Shown in pieces: positions 25,725 through 33,133 of a stretch of 33,641 nt of DNA (the stretch's first letter is position 1; the number at the start of each line of letters is the position of its first letter). The stretch spans positions 504,284 through 537,924 of the forward strand of contig OZ246397.1 of the NCBI GenBank assembly GCA_965230945.1. Reading direction: 5' to 3'. The position numbers were made by a program, and so were the translations under genes. Under the pieces are notes generated by a model, which was given only the letters and a program-made list of their open reading frames with translations, was not told the origin of the DNA and ran no database searches. The DNA is from an uncultured Gammaproteobacteria bacterium (GTDB lineage: Bacteria > Patescibacteriota > Microgenomatia > PFEM01 > JAPLYW01).

Positions 25725-25791
25725 TTTATTTAGGAAGAAATTATATTTGAAAAAGAAGGAGAGGTCAAGGGTATCTTGCTATTGTAGTGTT

Positions 25792-25926
25792 AAAAAGGGA
25801 GGAATATCAAGTTATGGGATAAAAGCAGGGACTAGTAGACGATGCTAGGACCTTTTATCTTGGAATTTAGGCAAAATTTAAGCACCGCTTGGAAAGTAAT
25901 TAAGGATTACTAACCTTACGGTGCTT
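25792..25926. repeat. Repeat element copy 1: 81-nt conserved core (25792-25872) plus a downstream long hairpin (25880-25926)
   Basis: The core matches 26531-26611 at 75 of 81 positions. Inside the core, GATAAAAG (25818-25825) pairs with CTTTTATC (25852-25859). The flanking hairpin has outer stem AAGCACCG/CGGTGCTT and inner stem GTAAT-taagg-ATTAC. Confidence 0.8.
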
Positions 25927-25952
25927 ATTGGAAGCTCAATTAACAGAAAAAT

Positions 25953-26549
25953 TTATTTCTCTTCTTCTGGGATATACTCCATTCTTTGAAGATTATCATA
26001 TTGTAAAGGTATGGAATGTTCTCCTTTTTCTTCTATTAGCTCCTTTACTTTTTTAAACCTTTCTAGACATAGAGCCTTGATAGTGTGTACTATCCACTTA
26101 GCAAACATTTCATCGAAATACTCTTCTACACCTGAAACTCCAATAACAATACCTTGGAAATAAACACCACCGCTATAAATTGAGTGACCCGGACCAAGTA
26201 CCCATGGCTTACGTTCTATTATATAGCTAGTGTCTTTCTTTTTTGCCATGGCGGTACATGCTTTAGAAAGAGCTATTTTATCGAAAGGGTATTTCCATTT
26301 TTTCTTATTACCAATATCATATTGGTACAAAATGATGTCACTCTCCTGTGGGTTGAGAATACAGATACTTAGAGCTTTCCTTTTTACAATTCCTGATTTC
26401 ATTGCCTCTAAAATGCTAGGCAAAACAATTTGGACCGCTTTTTCAGCTATTTTGCGATCAAGAATAAAGCTTTTCTCTTTCAATGTAGTCTCCTTCTTAA
26501 TGTTAATGAACTTAGGGGAAATATTACCACAAAAAGGGAGGAATATCAA
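25953..26549 (-). CDS. GlcG/HbpS-like (DUF336-type) protein
   Basis: ALSICILNP, IALSKACTAMAKKK and SGGVYFQGIVIGVSGVEEYFDEMFA follow the family pattern GG.p...G..iGaiGVSG....D...A. The track's TTG start at 26549 lies inside repeat copy 2. A TTG at 26483, preceded by AAGGAG-6nt, is a more plausible start (177 aa). Confidence 0.55.
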   Translation of the reverse strand: MIFLPFCGNISPKFINIKKETTLKEKSFILDRKIAEKAVQIVLPSILEAMKSGIVKRKALSICILNPQESDIILYQYDIGNKKKWKYPFDKIALSKACTAMAKKKDTSYIIERKPWVLGPGHSIYSGGVYFQGIVIGVSGVEEYFDEMFAKWIVHTIKALCLERFKKVKELIEEKGEHSIPLQYDNLQRMEYIPEEEK

Positions 26550-26683
26550 GTTATGGGATAAAAGCAGGGGCTAGTAAACGAAGTTAGAACCTTTTATCTA
26601 GGAATTTAGGCGAGGAAAAGGGTGCTTAGGAGATTTAAAAAGTAGTAATTAACTACAATTCTAGTCTTCCAAGACACCCTTTT
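26531..26683. repeat. Repeat element copy 2: 81-nt conserved core (26531-26611) plus a downstream long hairpin (26616-26683)
   Basis: The core is as in copy 1. The flanking hairpin has a different sequence but the same architecture: outer stem AAAAGGGTG/CACCCTTTT and inner stem GTAGT-aatta-ACTAC. Confidence 0.8.
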
Positions 26684-26727
26684 AATTTCACCAGTACGCT
26701 TTCTGCTTAGAAAAATCTATAATCTGA

Positions 26728-27039
26728 TTAAATATCCAATGCTCCTAGATAATGTTCAAGCTTTTCAGTGATTTCTTCAACATTCTTAGAAACATTACCT
26801 ACCACCTCAATAGAATAAAAATACAACGGACCTTTTTTTGTAGATACTGTCGCAACTTTGACTGCTCTACCCATAGAATTACCTTTACTACAGTGAAGTA
26901 CAGGGCCATTATCATTATAAGTTTCTATTGGGCGATTACTTCTATAACTGATTCGCTTTCCCCAGCTCATTCTTCCTATGATTGGGGCTTTGCTCATCCG
27001 CAAAACCTTCCCTTGGCGATCGATTATTGCATACCCCAT
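26728..27039 (-). CDS. Hypothetical 103-aa protein
   Basis: ORF evidence only; I recognise no motif. A perfect inverted repeat TCTACAG-tgat-CTGTAGA lies about 30 nt upstream, at about 27067-27084. Confidence 0.45.
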   Translation of the reverse strand: MGYAIIDRQGKVLRMSKAPIIGRMSWGKRISYRSNRPIETYNDNGPVLHCSKGNSMGRAVKVATVSTKKGPLYFYSIEVVGNVSKNVEEITEKLEHYLGALDI

Positions 27040-27336
27040 TTCTTTTTTTCCTTTCCTTCTTTTTGTCTACAGTGATCTGTAGATCAGTAAGTAATCATAT
27101 GCTTTTACTTTATCAAGCAGAAGCTAGAGAAAGACAAGACAAACTTATCCGTCTTTAGCTTCCGCTTGAAGCAAAAAAACAAGGCTCAAAAAGAATTTTA
27201 TACTCTTAAAGTGCGACTGATGATTATCTTAAAGTTTTAAGAATACTTAAAGTAAAAATAACTTTCTTTAAACTTTTGTTTTACGGATAAAATGGTAACA
27301 TAAATGAGGCTAAAAATCAAGATATAGGATAAATTG

Positions 27337-27409
27337 CAGGGGCGACAGGACTCGAACCTGTAACCTCTTGTTTTGGAGACAAGAACTCTACCAGTTGAGC
27401 TACGCCCCT
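27337..27409 (-). tRNA. tRNA-Trp (anticodon CCA)
   Basis: The minus strand reads AGGGGCG-TA-GCTC-AACTGGTA-GAGT-T-CTTGT-CTCCAAA-ACAAG-AGGTT-ACAGG-TTCGAGT-CCTGT-CGCCCCT-G. Confidence 0.92.
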
Positions 27410-27473
27410 AGATATTTTGCAAACCTATTATATAATGCCGTTAATTCTTTTGCAATTAAACAAGAAGTAGAAG

Positions 27474-27647
27474 CTACTTTAATTTACTTTTTTCTTTATG
27501 TTCTGTCTTTTTTTTACAGACTGAGCAATATTTTTTCAATACTAATTTATCAGGTGTATTAGTTTTGTTCTTTTCAGTAATGTAATTTTGACTTTTACAA
27601 ACTGAACAAACTAAAGCTAGTATTTGTCTTTGTCCTTTTTTTGCCAT
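27474..27647 (-). CDS. rpmG: Ribosomal protein L33 (zinc-ribbon C4 type)
   Basis: Not in the ORF track (57 aa). Hand translation gives [57 protein letters not shown], with two CxxC pairs. A GGAGG lies 8 nt upstream of the ATG. I checked the frame codon by codon. Confidence 0.9.
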   Translation of the reverse strand: MAKKGQRQILALVCSVCKSQNYITEKNKTNTPDKLVLKKYCSVCKKKTEHKEKSKLK

Positions 27648-27666
27648 ATATTTTTCCTCCTTTTTG

Positions 27667-27739
27667 AGCCTGAGTCGGGGATTGAACCCGAGACCTCGTC
27701 TTTACCGAAGACGTGCTCTACCAACTGAGCTACCCAGGC
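27667..27739 (-). tRNA. tRNA-Thr (anticodon GGT)
   Basis: The minus strand reads GCCTGGG-TA-GCTC-AGTTGGTA-GAGC-A-CGTCT-TCGGTAA-AGACG-AGGTC-TCGGG-TTCAATC-CCCGA-CTCAGGC-T. Confidence 0.92.
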
Positions 27740-27752
27740 GCTTTTAACGTAG

Positions 27753-27835
27753 TGCTAGGGGAGGGATTCGAACCCCCGTAGTCTTTCGACGCCTCTTTTA
27801 CAGAGAGGTGCATTTGGCCGCTCTGCCACCCTAGC
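27753..27835 (-). tRNA. tRNA-Tyr (anticodon GTA), long variable arm
   Basis: On the minus strand: acceptor stem GCTAGGG...CCCTAGC-A, anticodon arm CCTCT-CTGTAAA-AGAGG, a long variable arm (CGTCGAAAGACTAC) and T-loop TTCGAAT. Confidence 0.9.
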
Positions 27836-28436
27836 TAATAAATTTTTTAAGAAATTTTTTAGTATCTGTTTTTATCAATTCAACTAATTTCTTATCATGA
27901 TATCGAATATGAATAAGTCCATAAGGCATTTTGTGTTTCTTTTTTTCTATAAAATCTTGCCGAACGTAGGGTTTAATAAATTGTTTTTTAGGAATTTTTG
28001 TGATTCTATTCCAATAGTTAATTAATTTTTTAATATCCTGGTTAGCATAACAATAAAGTAAAACTCTTAGCTTTCCCTCATTGACTCCATAAATCTGTCT
28101 TGATATTTTTAGGAATAATTTAATCATTAAAGGATCGCTATTTGTAAGATCTACAGTATGATCGCTCGTTTTTACTCCTTCGCCCCAATAAACCATCAAT
28201 CCAGCTATTTTTAATTGTTTTTCCTTATTTGTTAAAGTACTTTTAGCTTTGAAAGAGGGAGGTGCAGCCAGAAAAGCCAAGCGATGTGTTTCTGCTTGGT
28301 TTCTTCTTGGCAAGTTGTTTTTCTTCATAAAACCTATTACTTGCCAGACTGAAACACCAAGTTTTTTCCCAACCTTTTTTGCACTTAGTCCTTTCTTATA
28401 GTACAAATCTTTTACTTTTTCTATAGACAGATCCAT
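27831..28436 (-). CDS. HTH plus LAGLIDADG-like (single-motif homing-endonuclease-like) protein
   Basis: N-terminal HTH GLSAKKVGKKLGVSVWQVIGFMKKNNLPRR. A LAGLIDADG-like helix LKIAGLMVYWGEGVK is followed by TVDLTNSDPLMIKLFLKISRQIYG and YWNRITKIPKKQFIK, the layout seen in LAGLIDADG_3-type proteins. Its stop codon overlaps the 5' end of tRNA-Tyr by 5 nt. Confidence 0.45.
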   Translation of the reverse strand: MDLSIEKVKDLYYKKGLSAKKVGKKLGVSVWQVIGFMKKNNLPRRNQAETHRLAFLAAPPSFKAKSTLTNKEKQLKIAGLMVYWGEGVKTSDHTVDLTNSDPLMIKLFLKISRQIYGVNEGKLRVLLYCYANQDIKKLINYWNRITKIPKKQFIKPYVRQDFIEKKKHKMPYGLIHIRYHDKKLVELIKTDTKKFLKKFIS

Positions 28437-28524
28437 AATACAACCGAACTAATTTTAACATAAATTAGCTGTCTTTAAAAGTTTTAGGTCTTAAACTTAG
28501 CTTCAAGTATGCTATACTTAGTTT

Positions 28525-29238
28525 ATGGCTAAAACAAAACCTTTAATTTCTGTTTTTGTCCCTGCTCATAATGAAGAAAAGACAATTAAAAGATGTCTTT
28601 CTGCTTTGAAGAATCAAGACTTTCCCGGAAAGTATGAGATTCTGGTTGTCAATAATGCTTCAACTGATGAAACAGGAGAGATTGCCAAAGAGATGGGCGT
28701 AAGGGTTGTTTTTGAGTCTAGAAAAGGCTATGGGTTTGCTTTAAAGAGAGGTTTTGATACAGTTAAGTCAGATTTAGTCGCTGTTACCGATGCTGATACG
28801 ATAGCTCCTAAGGATTGGTTGTTTAAAATTTACAAGGCTTTTAAGAAGGATGTAGATGTAGTTGTAGTAGGTACTAAAATTGTTTGTAGGCCTATTTTCC
28901 CATTGGCTTTAATCGCCCAGTTCGTTTGGAATTTTATTGCCGGCCCTCTTTTTAAAATCTTTTCTGGATGCGGAATAGCTTTTAGAAAAGATGCTTATCA
29001 GAAAGTAGGAGGAGTTAACACTAGTTTTAATTTCAATAGTGATACTGATTTATGTTTGCGAGTTAAAAGAGAAGGAAGAGCTGTTTTTTTGCCTGACAAT
29101 TCGATTATTACTTCTTCTCGTCATTTTCGGGGAAGAGAAGGTTTAAAATATGCCTTGAAAGGCTCTATTAATGCTATTTCCTTAATGCTTTTTAAGAAGG
29201 TTCCTTTTTTCCATTTCGGCGACGTAAGAAAAGAGTAG
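28525..29238 (+). CDS. Family 2 glycosyltransferase
   Basis: ISVFVPAHNEEKTIKRCLSALKNQDFPGKYEILVVNNASTDETGEIA and the DxD-type motif VTDADT. Confidence 0.88.
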   Translation: MAKTKPLISVFVPAHNEEKTIKRCLSALKNQDFPGKYEILVVNNASTDETGEIAKEMGVRVVFESRKGYGFALKRGFDTVKSDLVAVTDADTIAPKDWLFKIYKAFKKDVDVVVVGTKIVCRPIFPLALIAQFVWNFIAGPLFKIFSGCGIAFRKDAYQKVGGVNTSFNFNSDTDLCLRVKREGRAVFLPDNSIITSSRHFRGREGLKYALKGSINAISLMLFKKVPFFHFGDVRKE

Positions 29239-29241
29239 ATT

Positions 29242-30231
29242 ATGAGAAGATTATTTTCTTTAGTTGCGATCTTTATTTTTATTGCTGCTATTTTGGCTTG
29301 GCTTTTGATTCCAACTAATTACGTAGGTAAAGGCCTGATTTCACCTTTATCTTCCTTACAACAGAAAAAAGAGAGGCCTTTGGATAAATATAGCTTTGAG
29401 GCCTTAAGAGATAAAGAGTATTTGGGGAGCGAGATTAAACTAGAGAAAGTTATTAAAGAGGAAGATGAATATACTTCTTATCTATTTTCTTTTCAATCAG
29501 AAGGTAAAAAGGTCACCGGTATGGCTAATATTCCCAAAAGGGAGGGGAAAAGGCCGCTAATAGTCATGCTTAGAGGTTATGCTGATGATGAGATCTACTT
29601 TACGGGATTGGGAACAAGGAAGGCGGCTGGTGTTTTTGCTGAGAATGGTTTTGTCACTTTGGCTCCTGACTTTTTAGGTTTTGGCGGTTCTGATACCTCC
29701 AGTGCTAATATTTTAGAAGCAAGATTTGAAAGACCGCTTACTGTTTTAAACTTATTAGCTTCCATCAAAAACTTACCACAAGCTGATTCGGATAAGATTT
29801 TTCTCTGGGCTCACTCTAATGGAGGACAGGTTGCTTTATCTGTTTTAGAAATTACTCAAAAGGATATAGCAACTACTTTATGGGCGCCAGTTACCAAGGG
29901 TTTTCCTGAATCCGTCTTACAGTATATAGGGGAGCTAGATGACCAAGGTTTGAAGGTAAAAACAGCCATTGATAATTTCTTGTTAAGATATGATCCTAAA
30001 AAATATTCGATTGATAATTACTTTGCTGATATCCAAGCTTCAATTCAGATTCATCAAGGCTTATCAGATCCTCTGATTGATGGAGAAGATATAGACGAAT
30101 TTGCCAAAACAATGGCCAAGTTGGGTAAAAACGTTAATTATTATAAATACCTAGGGAGTGACCATAATCTAAGTAAGGATTGGGACTTAGTGGTTAAGCG
30201 TGACCTAGAGTTCTTTAAAAGATTACTTTAG
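29242..30231 (+). CDS. Membrane-anchored alpha/beta hydrolase (S9/dienelactone-hydrolase-like)
   Basis: N-terminal TM helix. Nucleophile elbow LWAHSNGGQVAL, candidate acid GLSDPLI and candidate His GSDHNL. It starts 3 nt after the GT2 stop. Confidence 0.75.
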   Translation: MRRLFSLVAIFIFIAAILAWLLIPTNYVGKGLISPLSSLQQKKERPLDKYSFEALRDKEYLGSEIKLEKVIKEEDEYTSYLFSFQSEGKKVTGMANIPKREGKRPLIVMLRGYADDEIYFTGLGTRKAAGVFAENGFVTLAPDFLGFGGSDTSSANILEARFERPLTVLNLLASIKNLPQADSDKIFLWAHSNGGQVALSVLEITQKDIATTLWAPVTKGFPESVLQYIGELDDQGLKVKTAIDNFLLRYDPKKYSIDNYFADIQASIQIHQGLSDPLIDGEDIDEFAKTMAKLGKNVNYYKYLGSDHNLSKDWDLVVKRDLEFFKRLL

Positions 30232-30270
30232 ATTGACAAATTAAAGATTAAGTGGTAAATAGGACTGAAG

Positions 30271-30717
30271 ATGAGTATAGAGAAAGAAAAATCAAATTTA
30301 GAAACTAAATCTCATTTAGATCCCGTGGATATTGTTGGTGCCATTTTTGCCCACTCGGGATTAGACTCATTCCCTTTCAATACTAGATTTTTACATGATT
30401 TTTTTCGAAAAACTCAGAAAAGCCATAGGTATTCGAGTTTGCTTGAGAAATTTGCTTTTACACCCCGTGGCGTGGATGATCTCTATTCCCGTCGACTAGA
30501 CTTAGATCTTTTGATGCTTATGAAAGAAGACTCTCTTGAATGGGTACCAAAAGGAATGAATTTTGGCAAGCTTAGAATGAGCGATAAAGCAAGGAAAGAA
30601 AAAATTGACGCAGCCCTCAAGGGAGATCCCTCTAAAAAAACCCAAAAACTTCTTAAGGAATTAGGAGAAAGATTCAAAAAAGAAGTTAAGAGATTTTACA
30701 TTGAAGAAAAAAAGTAA
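30271..30717 (+). CDS. Hypothetical 148-aa protein
   Basis: ORF evidence only. The C-terminus is basic and helical. I recognise no motif. Confidence 0.5.
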   Translation: MSIEKEKSNLETKSHLDPVDIVGAIFAHSGLDSFPFNTRFLHDFFRKTQKSHRYSSLLEKFAFTPRGVDDLYSRRLDLDLLMLMKEDSLEWVPKGMNFGKLRMSDKARKEKIDAALKGDPSKKTQKLLKELGERFKKEVKRFYIEEKK

Positions 30718-30793
30718 ATTAATTCTCTCGCTTTTAAATTTACATCCTTCGATTATATTCAAATAAACTAGCTTTTTGTGATAGAATGGCAAT

Positions 30794-31231
30794 ATGGAGA
30801 AACAAGAAGGGATTAATCGTCATCCCCAGGAGAAAGAAATTGAAAAGGGAGTAGCAGAAGTAGTAATTAAAGAGAGGATGAGTGAATTACTCGAGCTTAT
30901 TGAGATGGATTTTTTTGAAGTAGGTAATCGGTATGGAGTTGAACAGTTTTTCCCAGATCCAACAGAGTGGGATTCTTTAAAGGAGAAAGAACGACAAGAC
31001 TTTTTAAAATTATTAGGCTCTTATTTAGATGCGGATTTATTAAATATTCTGGATAATAAAGTAACTCGTAGCTATAAGGAACAAGGAGTTCCAGGTCAAC
31101 CGAGTGAAGGGGGAGCTGATGTCCGAGTGTTGGCAACTAAATTTCCTGAATTAGAAATTCATGTAATGGAGTATAAAAATCCTAAATTAGGAGTTAGATA
31201 TGATTTAGTAAGGAAGGAGGTGAATAAATGA
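30794..31231 (+). CDS. Hypothetical acidic 145-aa protein
   Basis: ORF evidence only. It overlaps the next gene by 4 nt (ATGA), which suggests coupling. Confidence 0.5.
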   Translation: MEKQEGINRHPQEKEIEKGVAEVVIKERMSELLELIEMDFFEVGNRYGVEQFFPDPTEWDSLKEKERQDFLKLLGSYLDADLLNILDNKVTRSYKEQGVPGQPSEGGADVRVLATKFPELEIHVMEYKNPKLGVRYDLVRKEVNK

Positions 31232-31800
31232 AAAAAGCAATTCCTTTTGTTATTGTTGGGGTTGTTGTTATTATTGCTGCTGTTAGCTGGTTTGTTTTTG
31301 GAAAGAAAGGTGGTGGAGAAGAAGTTAAGCAGGAAGTTAAACAAGAAGTTAAACAGGAAGAGAGTTTTACCGGTAAGTTAAAAGAAATGATTACCAGGAA
31401 TGTTCCTATGAAGTGTACCTTTAAGGATGATAAAGGTAATTCTGGCGTTGGCTATGTTAAAAACAAAAGATATTACGGTGAAGTAACTAGCGATGGTAAA
31501 ACTGGCTATGTGATTATGGTTGATAATTGTATGTGGAGTTGGTCTTCAGAGGAAAAACAGGGAGTTAAAATGTGTTTTGATGTTGAGGAAGGAGAAGATC
31601 TTTGGGAAGATTGGGAAGGAATGGATGAAGAGGCCAAGACGAATACTCCTCAAGGTAGTTATAATTGTAAACCAGCGATTGTTTCCGATTCTCTTTTTAG
31701 CCCACCTGCCGATATTAATTTTATGGATATGAATGAATTTATGGATTTTGGGGAAGAGATGGAGGAAAAAGTAACGGAGATGATGGGTTCTGAAGAATAA
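31228..31800 (+). CDS. Secreted or membrane-anchored Cys-containing protein with an EVKQ repeat and an acidic tail
   Basis: N-terminal hydrophobic anchor IPFVIVGVVVIIAAVSWFVF. EVKQEVKQEVKQE follows. A 4-Cys globular part (MKCTF...DNCMWSW...KMCFD...YNCKP) precedes an acidic C-terminus. Confidence 0.6.
   Translation: MKKAIPFVIVGVVVIIAAVSWFVFGKKGGGEEVKQEVKQEVKQEESFTGKLKEMITRNVPMKCTFKDDKGNSGVGYVKNKRYYGEVTSDGKTGYVIMVDNCMWSWSSEEKQGVKMCFDVEEGEDLWEDWEGMDEEAKTNTPQGSYNCKPAIVSDSLFSPPADINFMDMNEFMDFGEEMEEKVTEMMGSEE
31321..31356 (+). repeat. In-frame 12-nt tandem repeat, three copies
   Basis: gaagttaagcag / gaagttaaacaa / gaagttaaacag, encoding EVKQ three times inside the 31228-31800 CDS. Confidence 0.9.
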
Positions 31801-31821
31801 TTTCTTTTTAAAAGGTTTTTG

Positions 31822-31894
31822 AGCCGAAGGTGGGATTCGAACCCACGACCTATTGTTTACAAAACAATTGCTCTAACCGCTGAGCTACCTCGGC
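31822..31894 (-). tRNA. tRNA-Thr (anticodon TGT)
   Basis: The minus strand reads GCCGAGG-TA-GCTC-AGCGGTTA-GAGC-A-ATTGT-TTTGTAA-ACAAT-AGGTC-GTGGG-TTCGAAT-CCCAC-CTTCGGC-T. Confidence 0.92.
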
Positions 31895-31941
31895 GTACTT
31901 CTATTCTATCAGAAAAGGGGGATGATTTCTATTTTTGGGGA

Positions 31942-32102
31942 TAAAAAAGCCCTGCCATGTAGGCTTTCTATAGGCATTTTCCCGAAGAATCAAATAAATG
32001 GGTATATTGTTCTGTCAACCACGGTTGACAGAAACATAAATTCCCTACTTAAAAGGTTGTAGAGGAAAAACCCTCCTACAGAAAAAACCTATCTGGCAGG
32101 AC
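31942..32102 (-). ncRNA. Candidate small structured RNA of about 160 nt with its own promoter and terminator (class unknown)
   Basis: On the minus strand: TTGACT (32137-32132), a 17-nt spacer, then TATTGT (32114-32109). The transcript region contains hairpins CTGTAGGAGG-n-CCTCTACA and a perfect CTGTCAAC-cgtg-GTTGACAG. A terminal hairpin TGCCTATAG-aaagc-CTACA(T)GGCA (31976-31953) is followed by GGGC and TTTTTT. The 5' CCTGCCA can alternatively pair with the 3' TGGCAGG. No ORF is present. Confidence 0.35.
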
Positions 32103-32172
32103 GTTTTCACAATAACAAAATTGATTTTTTTAGTCAAGATGACGCATTGTATCGCAATAGATCAGTTTTGTC

Positions 32173-32844
32173 TTAGATGAGGGGAGTACCAGGAAGAAGT
32201 AGGGATAAAATGGCGTTAATAATAGGGGAGATAATGACAAATAAAGGAGAGAAGCCAAAAATAGGGAAGATAAGAAATAAAATGATGAAAAAACCAAATC
32301 TTTGCAGAAAAGTATCCCACTGATAGGCTATTTTTTGAGGTAAGAGCCCAATTAATACCTTACCACCATCAAGAGGATGAATGGGTATCAGATTAAAGAT
32401 GCCCAGGACTACTGCTAAAAAGATGAAAGGAGTTAGTATTTGTTCTACTAGATAAGCGGTGGGGCCGATGACTAAATATCCTAGGCGAATAATAAATGAT
32501 AAAAAGATAGCTAAAATAAAATTAGCGGCCGGACCGGCAAAGGAAATTAAAGCTGCATCTCGGCGAGGATTTTTTAAATTAAAGGCATCAAAAGGAACAG
32601 GTTTTCCCCAGCCAAAAATAAACGGCGATCGGATGATTAATAAAATTAAAGGTAAAAGAACACTTCCAAAAGGGTCCAAATGAGCTAGGGGATTTAAGGT
32701 CATTCTACCTTTTAATCTAGCTGTTGGGTCTCCTAAGCGATTAGCTGTCCAGGCATGAGCACATTCATGAACGGTAATAGCCACCAGTAAGGCGGCTATC
32801 CAGATAAAGAAAAGTAAACGATTGCTAAAGAGATTCTGAATCAT
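32173..32844 (-). CDS. Site-2 protease family (M50) intramembrane metalloprotease
   Basis: HExxH motif in VHECAHAWTANRLGDPTA and the second signature NLIPIHPLDGGKV. The protein is polytopic. Confidence 0.9.
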   Translation of the reverse strand: MIQNLFSNRLLFFIWIAALLVAITVHECAHAWTANRLGDPTARLKGRMTLNPLAHLDPFGSVLLPLILLIIRSPFIFGWGKPVPFDAFNLKNPRRDAALISFAGPAANFILAIFLSFIIRLGYLVIGPTAYLVEQILTPFIFLAVVLGIFNLIPIHPLDGGKVLIGLLPQKIAYQWDTFLQRFGFFIILFLIFPIFGFSPLFVIISPIINAILSLLLPGTPLI

Positions 32845-32894
32845 AATTCTCTTGTTTTTAACCTAATCTTTTGGTATTATAACATAATAATCTT

Positions 32895-33125
32895 ATGGCT
32901 TATAAATGTGATAGCTGTGGAAAAGGAATTTTAGTTGGTAAAAACGTTTCCCACGCTAAGAATAGAACCAGAAGAATAAGTTTACCAAACCTTCATCCTT
33001 TTAAAGGCAGGCTTAAAGGTCAAGAAGGAAAGTGGTTGCTTTGTACCAAGTGCTTAAGAAAAGCTAAGAGTAATCAGCCTAAACCTGCTCCGAAAAAAGA
33101 AACCCCTGCCGAAAAATCTGTCTAA
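32895..33125 (+). CDS. rpmB: Ribosomal protein L28, with a basic C-terminal extension
   Basis: [34 protein letters not shown] matches the L28 N-terminal signature (...G..vSHa.n.T.R...PNL). Confidence 0.9.
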   Translation: MAYKCDSCGKGILVGKNVSHAKNRTRRISLPNLHPFKGRLKGQEGKWLLCTKCLRKAKSNQPKPAPKKETPAEKSV

Positions 33126-33133
33126 TATCTTTT

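Noticed and set aside
25807-25826. A mini-ORF ATG-GGA-TAA preceded by AAGGGAGG on the plus strand of both repeat copies, as a possible regulatory leader peptide.
   Set aside because: A two-codon ORF with 11-nt SD spacing is not interpretable on its own. I kept it only as a descriptive detail of the repeat element.
25370-27336. A possible integrated genomic island at the 3' end of tRNA-Trp.
   Set aside because: I found no integrase or recombinase and no duplicated tRNA-Trp 3' segment at the far boundary. I report only the synteny break, not an integrative element.
32055-32085. GAGGAAAAACCC and ACAGAAA strings reminiscent of RNase P RNA conserved regions.
   Set aside because: The non-coding interval is far too short for RNase P RNA, and the GAGGAAAGUCC and GGCUUA-type conserved blocks are not actually present.
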